From positions 1-59,951 of the IMG/VR virus record IMGVR_UViG_3300035683_000005: a stretch of 59,951 nucleotides of DNA. The stretch is one strand, 5' to 3'. The first letter of the stretch is position 1; each line of letters begins with the position of its first letter. Origin of the DNA: a virus. This document shows, piece after piece, positions 51,818 to 59,824 of this stretch. The notes beneath the pieces are model-generated. The model had not been told where the DNA came from. It made no database searches and was given only the letters and a program-made list of their open reading frames with translations. The position numbers and the translations under genes were made by a program.

Positions 51818-51850
51818 TAGGCAGAAAACCGGGGAGGTTTTCTGCCTATT
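51805..51850 (-). terminator. Rho-independent terminator: 15-bp perfect hairpin plus a T6 tract
   Basis: aataggcagaaaacc (51816-51830) pairs with ggttttctgcctatt (51836-51850). The minus strand continues gtgcttttttg. Confidence 0.85.
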
Positions 51851-51956
51851 GCGCCCGCCGCAGAGGGGGCCGCTTACGGTTCCATACGCCTGTCAGATAT
51901 AGAATGCGTGTGCTCGGGGCACACACCCGTTCGCTGGCCTTCCCCTCATTGCGCGG

Positions 51957-52214
51957 CTACTCTGTTTCGTCGGGGTAGTACCCGGGATCCGGCAACTCGG
52001 GGCTCGGCAGCCCCTCGTAGTACGTGGTCTCCTGCTCGGGCGCCGGGGCGGGCAGACCCTCGTAGTAGGTCACGTCGGACTCCGGAGCGTCGTTGGATCT
52101 GTCGGACATGCTCTCTTCCTCGTTTTCGGGGAACCGTTGTCCACACACAGGACAACGGGTGGCCGTGGTGTCTATGGTGCTAGCACACACGGGGCACGTG
52201 GTGTAGCGTTTCAT
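51957..52214 (-). CDS. Zinc-ribbon protein, 85 aa, with a repeated TYYEGLP acidic tail
   Basis: CPVC...CPVC. ATGA coupling. Internal start of ORF 51957..52430. Confidence 0.6.
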   Translation of the reverse strand: MKRYTTCPVCASTIDTTATRCPVCGQRFPENEEESMSDRSNDAPESDVTYYEGLPAPAPEQETTYYEGLPSPELPDPGYYPDETE

Positions 52215-52381
52215 TTTCTGCGGCGCCCACCCTTGCGGGGCCTGGAGAAACGCCAATGTTCTTCGGGGTGCCGGCAGTGGCACGACAGCTGCTTGACCTT
52301 CATCTGCCCAATGCCGCGCGGAGTCAGCTTCAGGGCACCCCGGCACTTCTTGCAACGGCCGCGCAAGCGCTTTTGCATCAT
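52211..52381 (-). CDS. Arg/Lys/Cys-rich small protein, 56 aa
   Basis: CKKC...CHC. ATGA coupling at both ends. Confidence 0.45.
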   Translation of the reverse strand: MMQKRLRGRCKKCRGALKLTPRGIGQMKVKQLSCHCRHPEEHWRFSRPRKGGRRRK

Positions 52382-52590
52382 GCGGATTCCTCGGTGTTGT
52401 TGGGGAAGACTGTGAACGTACCCTCCGCAATGGCGATCCCCAAAGTCGCCATCATCAGAACACGCTTGTCGCCGTACTTCTCGCACCACGCTTGCCAGAC
52501 ATCGTCTGACCTGTCTCCGCACAGGTGGCGCAGTTGTGCCTTCAAGCTTACCTCTTGCATCTGACGATACCGATCCGCCGTTCCGTTCAT
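52378..52590 (-). CDS. Hypothetical protein, 70 aa
   Basis: ORF track. Confidence 0.55.
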   Translation of the reverse strand: MNGTADRYRQMQEVSLKAQLRHLCGDRSDDVWQAWCEKYGDKRVLMMATLGIAIAEGTFTVFPNNTEESA

Positions 52591-52593
52591 TGG

Positions 52594-53337
52594 TCAGTAC
52601 CCGGCGAAGTAGTCGCGAAGCCAGTCGCTCACAACCTCGGACGCCCAATCCAGGTGGTCTTCCGCAAGAAGCTCACCCGTCACGTCATACCTCAGTTCGT
52701 CCCATTCCATGTCGGACGAACCAGACTCAGGATCATACCCTCCGTCCCGGTATCCGACAATACGCACGGCAATGTTCAGATACTCTGCTCCGACCTCACA
52801 TCCGTAGGTACCGTGCTCCATCTCATGCGCAGGAACGGTCTTGGTGGGGAGCTGCTTGCACTTCGTACAGAAGATGTCGCCGGTTTTGCCCTCCATCCAC
52901 TCGTGCATCGACTTACTTTCGAGTTCCAAATCCGCGACGAGGTAGTCCGGCTGTCGCGGGTATCCGTGAACAGCCAGGTTATGGAACCGCTCCTCTTCGG
53001 GCGATTCACAGTAGTGGCTACATTCGTCGAACATACAGAGCCTGTCGTGCCAGAGGCAGTGATAACCGAAAGCGTCATGAGCGAGATTCTTCAGCTCGCG
53101 AAGTTCGAGCATGCCGAGTGTCCAGCCGTTACCGGCGCGTGCGCTCGGATTGTGGTAGACGCTGTCGATCATCATCAACAGCCAGGTGCGCGTGAAGGAC
53201 TGCGGGGTGTTCCGGAGACGAACGGGCAGCTCGTTGATGCGGCCAATCCACTGCTCGTCCTCCCAGGCCCACGCTTGGTGATCCTGGAAGTACTGAGCGA
53301 TGCTTGCTGCCAGTTGGGGGTTGAGCGGATAAGACAT
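52594..53337 (-). CDS. Cys/His-rich hypothetical protein, 247 aa, containing HEMEH
   Basis: ORF track. First gene after promoter 53380-53408. Confidence 0.6.
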   Translation of the reverse strand: MSYPLNPQLAASIAQYFQDHQAWAWEDEQWIGRINELPVRLRNTPQSFTRTWLLMMIDSVYHNPSARAGNGWTLGMLELRELKNLAHDAFGYHCLWHDRLCMFDECSHYCESPEEERFHNLAVHGYPRQPDYLVADLELESKSMHEWMEGKTGDIFCTKCKQLPTKTVPAHEMEHGTYGCEVGAEYLNIAVRIVGYRDGGYDPESGSSDMEWDELRYDVTGELLAEDHLDWASEVVSDWLRDYFAGY

Positions 53338-53379
53338 GGGCGGTGGTACTGGTTGGGGTGTGCCGTGCTACACAGTACC

Positions 53380-53408
53380 AATATACGCCACCCGTACCCT
53401 ATTGTCAA
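53380..53408 (-). promoter_or_regulatory. Promoter, TTGACA-N17-TATATT, minus strand, internal to the late block
   Basis: The -35 is the reverse complement of 53403-53408 and the -10 of 53380-53385. Confidence 0.7.
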
Positions 53409-53424
53409 CCCCCTACTTTATCCC

Positions 53425-53607
53425 TCACTCCTTGGTGACGCCCACGCGACGACGTGGCAGTGCCGCGGTCAGCGAGTCGTTGGAGAGCTGAATGGGTGGG
53501 ATCATCTTGCCCGAGATGTTCCGCCCATTGCGGCGAAGGACGTGCCCGGTGTCGTCCCGGGGCCGCGGAATGGTGTCGAACACGAATACGAATGCCAGGA
53601 TAATCAC
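53425..53607 (-). CDS. Small hydrophobic-N-terminus protein, 60 aa
   Basis: ORF track. Confidence 0.45.
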   Translation of the reverse strand: MIILAFVFVFDTIPRPRDDTGHVLRRNGRNISGKMIPPIQLSNDSLTAALPRRRVGVTKE

Positions 53608-54041
53608 AGCTCTTCCTCCTTCTCAGGGTGCAGATGGTGCATGAGGCAGTGCTCAAGGTCGGTCGTGGTCCGCTCGATCGCTTTCCGCGCCTCCTCCTCG
53701 GCCCACTTCGCCAGCGGCGTCCCTTCCGCCTCACACGCTTCGAGGAGCGCAGTGAACACCGTGAAGAGGTGATTTGTCGAACAATGCAGGATCTCGTGCA
53801 TGACGTACTGCGAGCGCTCGGCCGGCGGAACGCGGACCCAGCCCGGTCCGACGATCACATGGCCCGAACGGTACTCTTCGGTGACAACGACGCTGAGCGT
53901 CATGTTGTCGTCGTTGTCCTGATAGACGACAAGCAGATGGTCGACCCATGCGGGAATGAGCCAGAACCATTCCCGCATGCCCGCGCGTACTTCCTCGAAG
54001 AGGTGATCCGGGCAGCTGTCTTTCTTGAGTCGAAATTTCAC
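53604..54041 (-). CDS. Hypothetical protein, 145 aa, with an HExxH (HEILH) motif; a possible metallopeptidase
   Basis: ORF track. The motif YVMHEILHCSTNH is present. Confidence 0.55.
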   Translation of the reverse strand: MKFRLKKDSCPDHLFEEVRAGMREWFWLIPAWVDHLLVVYQDNDDNMTLSVVVTEEYRSGHVIVGPGWVRVPPAERSQYVMHEILHCSTNHLFTVFTALLEACEAEGTPLAKWAEEEARKAIERTTTDLEHCLMHHLHPEKEEEL

Positions 54042-54235
54042 AGATCCTCCTGTCGCACAATGTAGAGGTTGCCGCTACCGTCACGCACATCACCAATCCA
54101 GAAAACGACACAGATGAGACCTCCGTCTGGATCCAAGCGGACATAATCGCCGAGCTGAGGTGGACCCCGCCACAAGTTCACCTCGTAGATGTTACCCAGG
54201 TACACCAGATAGATCGATTTACTTGGGAGGTGCAT
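54038..54235 (-). CDS. Hypothetical protein, 65 aa
   Basis: Internal ATG (MHLPSKSIY...). Overlaps the portal 3' end by 17 nt. Confidence 0.5.
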   Translation of the reverse strand: MHLPSKSIYLVYLGNIYEVNLWRGPPQLGDYVRLDPDGGLICVVFWIGDVRDGSGNLYIVRQEDL

Positions 54236-56033
54236 CGGTCGGCTTCGGTGCATCAGGCTTCGGCACCAGCACATCCACGATCGCCTTCGGTACCCGGAGT
54301 CGCTCCAAGAGGCTGCGGATTGAGATCGTGGTGAACAGCGCCGCAAGCGGTACCACCTTCTCCATCATACGGATCGAGTACGACGTACCCGAACGAATGC
54401 GCTTGGCCTCTGCCACAGTGTCTTCCACCCCGAGTCCGGCCTGGGTGGTCTCCTCGGACAGAAGACCCATCTCGTAGGCATCCATGTCCACACGCGCGGC
54501 GTCCGGAGATCGTGGACCGGGGTTCACGTGCTGCTCGACTGTCACACGCACGTAGTCCGTGAAGTAACCAACCTCGTCCGCAATAATCTCGGCCAATACG
54601 AGCGCCGCCGTGAGGAGGTTGCGCAACATCCCCTCCTCCGGCACGCGGCGCTTGTTCAGGTCCTTGCCGAATGCAGCTCGCGCCTGCTCGTAGGCGATAC
54701 CACTGAGCTGCACCCCGCTCTCACCACCGAGATGCCCCTGTGAGAACATGCGCAGAATACGGTTGCGGATCTTGTCGGCTGCGTTCAGGTAGGGCCCGGG
54801 ATCGACCGGATCTTCGAGCACCACCTGCACAGTCTCGTATCCGGTGACGTCTCCCTTCTCGTTCTTCTTGGGCAGACCAACCAGCTCGGTGGTCGTGCTC
54901 GCGCCGAGGGTGCGTTCGGTCGGAATGACCAGCCAGGTCTTGCCAACCTCATCGTCGTCCAGGAATGCACCCTCCGGAATCTCGTCACCGTCCTCGTACG
55001 GAACGCGCCGCCCTTGCGGCTTCGTGTTGCCCAGATAGCGCCCGCGAAATGCGGCCGTCTCCCCCATGCGAGTCGGAATGGTGCTGAGGAAGTTCAGCTG
55101 GCGCTGGGAACGGAGCACAGGGTCGGTGAGTATCGACTCCGTGACCATCTCGGCGAAGAGAAGGTACCCTGCCAACGGCAGTTTGACGTTGTATCCCGTC
55201 TTATCCGGATCGCTGTAGACGACGCGCAAGTACGTGACTGCTTCCTCGTCTAACCCCTCCCGATCAGGATCGAGGTAGACCAGTTCTGCCTTCTTGTACG
55301 TCTTCCGTGTCGCCCCGACCCCCGTGGTCTCCTCCGACAAGTAAATCGCGCACCTGTCCTGCGTTTCTGAGTCGGTGTAGACCCCGCACTCGTCCGGCTC
55401 CGGAGCGTTGACGTGAATGCATGACATCGCACGACGGATGCGGTCTGCGGGTGTGTCACCGCCCTGGACGTTACGGATGAAAACTTCACCCTCTGGGTTG
55501 CGGGCCATGAAACGAAGAGGAATCCACAAGCGCATCGCCGCAAACCCCGCCCAGGCCGATGTCTTGAGTCGGCTGTGCACGAGCTCCTGGAGCCCGCGCT
55601 TGTCCCACCAGTCCGTGATGATGTCGTCCGCCTCGGTGATGCGATTCACCACCTCGGGATCTTGCGGTTCTCCCTCCGGTGGGCTAACAATACCGTCGCA
55701 CCCGACCTGGGCCTCCATGAAGGCGTCGGCGATGTTTGACAGCCCCGTTCCGATCACATCGTCTGGGGCGTATTGCTGCTCAACCTTCTCGCTGCCTGCG
55801 TCGCCCGGCCCGATCCACTGGCTCTTCGACGAAACGAGTCCCCGCACAACATCGCGCACAGGTACGTCCGTCCGCGACCTCGACTTCTGGAGATGGTCCC
55901 TCTCCACCGCGTAGGCGTGAAGCACGCCGTAGTTGCCGGGAAGCCGAGACTTGAGCGCGTTTTCCGCGTCTCCATACTCCCACTCACTGAAAGGCGCCAG
56001 CTTCAGCGGAATCAGGTTTTCGAGAGTTGCCAT
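54219..56033 (-). CDS. Portal protein, 604 aa
   Basis: ATG at 56033, 1 nt after the terL stop. Size and position immediately downstream of terL. Confidence 0.7.
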   Translation of the reverse strand: MATLENLIPLKLAPFSEWEYGDAENALKSRLPGNYGVLHAYAVERDHLQKSRSRTDVPVRDVVRGLVSSKSQWIGPGDAGSEKVEQQYAPDDVIGTGLSNIADAFMEAQVGCDGIVSPPEGEPQDPEVVNRITEADDIITDWWDKRGLQELVHSRLKTSAWAGFAAMRLWIPLRFMARNPEGEVFIRNVQGGDTPADRIRRAMSCIHVNAPEPDECGVYTDSETQDRCAIYLSEETTGVGATRKTYKKAELVYLDPDREGLDEEAVTYLRVVYSDPDKTGYNVKLPLAGYLLFAEMVTESILTDPVLRSQRQLNFLSTIPTRMGETAAFRGRYLGNTKPQGRRVPYEDGDEIPEGAFLDDDEVGKTWLVIPTERTLGASTTTELVGLPKKNEKGDVTGYETVQVVLEDPVDPGPYLNAADKIRNRILRMFSQGHLGGESGVQLSGIAYEQARAAFGKDLNKRRVPEEGMLRNLLTAALVLAEIIADEVGYFTDYVRVTVEQHVNPGPRSPDAARVDMDAYEMGLLSEETTQAGLGVEDTVAEAKRIRSGTSYSIRMMEKVVPLAALFTTISIRSLLERLRVPKAIVDVLVPKPDAPKPTDAPPK

Positions 56034-56034
56034 T

Positions 56035-57252
56035 TCAGTTCGGCGAGGTGTAGGTGGTCCCGCTGTACCCGGTCGCCTTCTTCCGGGCACGAATCATCGG
56101 CGCCAGCGCGTAGCGGATCGCGTCGGGGACGTGGTTGTGTTTGTCGACAACTTCCGGCAGGATCACACTCGAATCGTTTTTGTCGACCTTGAACGAGTAC
56201 AGGCGGAATTCCATGGCCGCGTGGGTACACCTCGGGTGGATGACAATTTCCTCGTAGGCACGCAGATAAGCAATGCCATCGTCCACCGAGCCGGGCCATT
56301 TCACCGCGGCCTGTATACGGGGGAACCCGTGTTGCTTGTGGTACGAAATAGACTCGGGGCGAGAACTGTCTGCGCGTATGACGTGTCTGTGCGCATTTGG
56401 TACGTCGCGCAGCCAAACCTCACGCGACTTGTGAAGATCGAGTCCGACGTTCCAAGACTCACGCTCTACGTACAGTTTCCTCCGATTTGTCCACAAGCGT
56501 ACGAGTGCGGACGGATCGTTTGCGAAGCCGAAGTCGAGCCCGTGATATGGACCCTGCCACCCAGGCTGCGGTTCGAAGCTCTCGACGTGCCACTTGTGAC
56601 GGAAAATCTGCGCGTCAGACGCCTTCCGAGTGTTCCCGCCCCACACCCAATCCGCGGCATCTTGATCAACCCGGTAGAGGTAGTCCTTCTCGATACGCAG
56701 GATCTCCGGGAACCACGGATTGTCCTCCCAGCCTACCTTCTTGACGAACGAATTTGGCGGCGTGTTGATGACAAAACGCTGGAACGTCGCATCCTCCGGT
56801 AGATCCGGATTGAAGTTGATCCAAATCTCGGAGCCCGCCTTACGAATCGTGGGGATCAGAATGTTCCAGGAATCTTCGCTAACGTGTTCGGCCTCTTCCA
56901 CCCAACAAACGTCAATACCTTCGATCGACTTGATCTTGGTGGTATTGTGGTGAAGACCTTCAAAGAGGAAGACGGTTCCGTTGGTGTGACGGATTTCACG
57001 CTGTGTGATCGTGTAGCCCGGAAGCTTCAGCTCAACGATTTGGTCAGATAAGAGTCGGTGTACGGAGTCTTGAATTGAACGTTGGAGCTGACGAGTACAG
57101 AGAATCCGCGTCGGGTTCGTCATGCCACGAATTAACAGAATGCGCGCCACTGACCACGACCGCCCAGCTCCACGACCGCCGTAGAGCACCTTATAGCGGT
57201 AGGGGGACCACATCGGTTGTGTGAACTCAGGCAGCGAGCATTCTAGATTCAC
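56035..57252 (-). CDS. terL: Terminase large subunit, 405 aa
   Basis: Walker A VLYGGRGAGRSWS. Walker B-like CWVEEAEH. C-terminal nuclease region. GTG start overlapping the upstream TGA. Confidence 0.85.
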   Translation of the reverse strand: MNLECSLPEFTQPMWSPYRYKVLYGGRGAGRSWSVARILLIRGMTNPTRILCTRQLQRSIQDSVHRLLSDQIVELKLPGYTITQREIRHTNGTVFLFEGLHHNTTKIKSIEGIDVCWVEEAEHVSEDSWNILIPTIRKAGSEIWINFNPDLPEDATFQRFVINTPPNSFVKKVGWEDNPWFPEILRIEKDYLYRVDQDAADWVWGGNTRKASDAQIFRHKWHVESFEPQPGWQGPYHGLDFGFANDPSALVRLWTNRRKLYVERESWNVGLDLHKSREVWLRDVPNAHRHVIRADSSRPESISYHKQHGFPRIQAAVKWPGSVDDGIAYLRAYEEIVIHPRCTHAAMEFRLYSFKVDKNDSSVILPEVVDKHNHVPDAIRYALAPMIRARKKATGYSGTTYTSPN

Positions 57253-57422
57253 CGTTGATCCTTTTTCTTCGCGGTACGCTTCTTGAGCGCCGTGGCCCGC
57301 TCCTTTAAAGCTGTCTTTGCCTCTTCCCTGGACCGGTAGAAGGCAGCGGAGAGGCGGGACGGGTCGTCTCCTGGCCGCCGACGCGCGATTTTCTCAAGTA
57401 CCTTCCATGGGTCTACTGCCAT
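57249..57422 (-). CDS. Small basic protein, 57 aa, the first gene of the late operon
   Basis: ATG (reverse complement of 57420-57422) to TGA (reverse complement of 57249-57251), read by hand: MAVDPWKVLEKIARRRPGDD...KKKDQR. GTGA coupling to terL. Below the ORF-track cut-off. Confidence 0.5.
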   Translation of the reverse strand: MAVDPWKVLEKIARRRPGDDPSRLSAAFYRSREEAKTALKERATALKKRTAKKKDQR

Positions 57423-57662
57423 GATTCAGATTTTGCTAAAAAGTGAGTTGCTACAAAATCCGGTTTGGGACTCCTCCCCACCCGTGGAAAATCAGACAGG
57501 GCGGGGGTTGACGTCAAGGGTGTACTATAGGGGGTGTAAGATAGGGAACGGCAGGAAAACCAACGAGCAACCAACGGGGCCTCAGCGCTGTCCACTTTTT
57601 AGGACACTTTTTTGCAGTTAGGGGGTCAATTATTAAGATTTTGCCGCTTCTGCTTTTACCCC

Positions 57663-57691
57663 TTGCCTAATCGGTAGCAGGGTATTATATT
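57663..57691 (+). promoter_or_regulatory. Promoter, TTGCCT-N17-TATATT
   Basis: -35 at 57663-57668, -10 at 57686-57691. Paralogous to promoter 57978-58006. Confidence 0.65.
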
Positions 57692-57773
57692 ACACTTGTA
57701 AGTAAAGCAGGGCAGTACACCGGGGGGCAGGGCAGGGGGCCCACCCCACCACACCACAAGCAAGGGGCACACC

Positions 57774-57938
57774 ATGTACGCACAGCACATTTTCGGCAGC
57801 AGCCTTAACGGGCTTACGGCAGTAACCCGGCAGGGGCGCAGGGTGGTGGTTTTGCAGGTGGTCGGTAACTACGCACAGGTGGCCCAGGGCAACACCCCGG
57901 TGTGGCTGGCGGCCGAGCAGCTGGTGGTGGCGCTGTAG
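57774..57938 (+). CDS. Hypothetical small protein, 54 aa
   Basis: ATG preceded by caaggggcacacc. Read by hand: MYAQHIFGSSLNGLTAVTRQGRRVVVLQ... Confidence 0.5.
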   Translation: MYAQHIFGSSLNGLTAVTRQGRRVVVLQVVGNYAQVAQGNTPVWLAAEQLVVAL

Positions 57939-57977
57939 CAGGTACGGGTGCAGCTGGGTAAAACTGGCTGCTACCCC

Positions 57978-58006
57978 TTGTGTAAACGGCAGCAGGGTAG
58001 TATATT
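57978..58006 (+). promoter_or_regulatory. Promoter, TTGTGT-N17-TATATT
   Basis: -35 at 57978-57983, -10 at 58001-58006. Confidence 0.65.
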
Positions 58007-58265
58007 ATACGGGTAGGGCAGGCGGGCAGGGCAGGCGGGCAGGTTAACCGGGCCCAAGGGGCACCGGGGCATGTTTTACAACTTGGGTTAATGGGCGGGG
58101 GGCTGGGCCCCCCACTGGCAGGGGGTGTACACCCACCGTAGCGGGCGGGGGTACACCCGTACGGCCGGCCCCCCTGGCACTACCGCCAGGGGGTACCAAG
58201 GCCCCCCAGCGGGGCCACCAACACCCCCGCCACCCTGGCGGGGGGTAACTACCAAGGGGCACACA

Positions 58266-58796
58266 ATGGCAAAGCACAACGAGCAGCAGGCCGGCACCGC
58301 AGTGGTGCTGGTGCGCACCGAGGGGGCCACCGAAACCCCCGAACTGGCAGCGGCCCTGGCAAGCATGGCCGGGGCCACCGCACCGCGGCGCCGCAGCAAG
58401 CTGGCGGCTACGGCCTGGGCGGTCGACCTGGGCGGCAAGCGGCTGCTGGCAGGCCGCGCCAAGCGGCGGGCCAAGGGTGGCGACGATGGGCTGGCGGCCG
58501 CCAAGGCCGAGCTGGCCGCACTACTGAAGCGGGTAGCAGAGTTGCAGGAGCTGGTAGCCGAGAAGCAAAACCACTACCTCTGGACCAGCAAACCCGCCAG
58601 CCCCTGCAGGCTGGTACGAGAAATCTTCCTGGCAAAGGCCTGGGAAGCCCAGAGGCTGCCGGTACGGGGCACGGTACTGAAGGCATGCACCAACGCAGGG
58701 ATCGCGGAGAACACAGCCAAAACCCAATACCAGCTGAACCGCAAGCGGTGGCTGGCGGGCGAGCTGACACTCGAGGACGCGGTTGCCGAAGCGTAG
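58266..58796 (+). CDS. Hypothetical protein, 176 aa, with the repeated module (...VLKACTNAGIAENTAKTQYQLNRKRW)
   Basis: ATG preceded by ccaaggggcacaca. Internal start of ORF 58125..58796. Confidence 0.6.
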   Translation: MAKHNEQQAGTAVVLVRTEGATETPELAAALASMAGATAPRRRSKLAATAWAVDLGGKRLLAGRAKRRAKGGDDGLAAAKAELAALLKRVAELQELVAEKQNHYLWTSKPASPCRLVREIFLAKAWEAQRLPVRGTVLKACTNAGIAENTAKTQYQLNRKRWLAGELTLEDAVAEA

Positions 58797-58886
58797 CAGA
58801 CCGGGGTGGGGCGGGTGATACTGCCCCACCCCCGTGCCTACCCGAACGGGTAGGCGGTAGGGCAACACGAACCACGGAGCAGAATA

Positions 58887-59057
58887 ATGTCGACTCACAC
58901 GAAAGTCGCGCAGGGAAGCGGATGGTACGTTCAGCGCCACTGGTGGGCGGAGGGACCTCGCTACCTCTTCATCGGTCTGAACGGCCAGCAGAATCAGTGG
59001 GTCAGCCGAGAATGGGTCGCGCGGGTACGCGCTCAAGGCGCCAAGGTGGGCAGATGA
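58887..59057 (+). CDS. Hypothetical Trp-rich small protein, 56 aa
   Basis: ATG preceded by cacggagcagaata. Read by hand: MSTHTKVAQGSGWYVQRHWWAEGPRYLF... Confidence 0.5.
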   Translation: MSTHTKVAQGSGWYVQRHWWAEGPRYLFIGLNGQQNQWVSREWVARVRAQGAKVGR

Positions 59058-59302
59058 GGTCGCCGCGCTGGTGGGGCGGCGAGAAGCCGAAGGTGGAACA
59101 CGACGAGGTCGGCGGCTGCATGGCGACCGTGACCACAAGTGGGGTGGAGCTGCACCACTACGACAGCGGAACGCGCTGGAAGCTCGACCGCATGACGCTA
59201 CCGGCCGCAAAGCGGGCGCTGAAGCGGTTGAAGGAGAACGAGCAGAAGATGCGACCGAGCTGGCTGCGGGCGGAAGGCTACAAGCAGGTGGTGCCGCTGT
59301 AG
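59054..59302 (+). CDS. Hypothetical protein, 82 aa
   Basis: ATGA coupling. Internal start of ORF 58685..59302. Confidence 0.55.
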   Translation: MRSPRWWGGEKPKVEHDEVGGCMATVTTSGVELHHYDSGTRWKLDRMTLPAAKRALKRLKENEQKMRPSWLRAEGYKQVVPL

Positions 59303-59361
59303 GTCGGGTCGGGGGCGGGGCGGGTGCCCCACCCCAAGTACACAAACCAAGGAGCTGAACC

Positions 59362-59781
59362 ATGAAAGTATGCGTCGCGACACTGCGGATCCCCAGCACG
59401 ATTCAGATCGGGGACGACGCGGAAGACACGATGAACCCACTCGCTAACCTCGAAGAGGAGCTGAGCACGGAAGGGTTCGAGCGGGGCGTCGAGTTCGAAG
59501 CGAACTACAATGTCGAACCGAACGAGCTGCGGTGCTACGACTGGCGCTGCTCGAGGATCGCGACACGGTGGCTCGAAGAGCTGCTCGTCGAAGACGCGAC
59601 GGACGACGACCTGATCTACCGGGACGAGATGGTGAACGAGCTCGTCAGGATGTCTGCTCAGGCGGAGTGCGACGAAGAGCTGTTCGACAAGGTGCACGAA
59701 GCAATCCGGGACAGCATCGACATCAGCAACCTGCGGCGGATGGCGAAGCTGAACGGGGCGGATGCGGCAATGGGTACTTGA
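59362..59781 (+). CDS. Hypothetical strongly acidic early protein, 139 aa
   Basis: ORF track. RBS ccaaggagctgaacc. Confidence 0.65.
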   Translation: MKVCVATLRIPSTIQIGDDAEDTMNPLANLEEELSTEGFERGVEFEANYNVEPNELRCYDWRCSRIATRWLEELLVEDATDDDLIYRDEMVNELVRMSAQAECDEELFDKVHEAIRDSIDISNLRRMAKLNGADAAMGT

Positions 59782-59806
59782 CAGGGCGGGCGAGTAGAGC
59801 GATATT
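59778..59806 (+). promoter_or_regulatory. Promoter, TTGACA-N17-GATATT, driving the gene that spans the circular junction
   Basis: -35 at 59778-59783, -10 at 59801-59806. A 10-bp hairpin ggtgtggggc/gccccacacc follows. Confidence 0.65.
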
Positions 59807-59824
59807 GGTGGTGTGGGGCAGGGG

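Noticed and set aside
57508-57540. The TTGACGTCAA palindrome followed by TACTATAGGGGG, resembling a plus-strand promoter.
   Set aside because: The spacing to the TACTAT box is only 9 nt. On the minus strand it gives TTGACG-N17-TGATTT, a weak -10. It may serve the late operon, but support is too weak to list it as a feature.
57700-58050. Repeated GGGCAGG/GGCGGGCAGG units that could suggest a CRISPR-like or tandem-repeat array.
   Set aside because: The units are 5-10 bp long and irregular, and they lack spacers of constant length. They are better described as G-tract (quadruplex-type) motifs downstream of two promoters.
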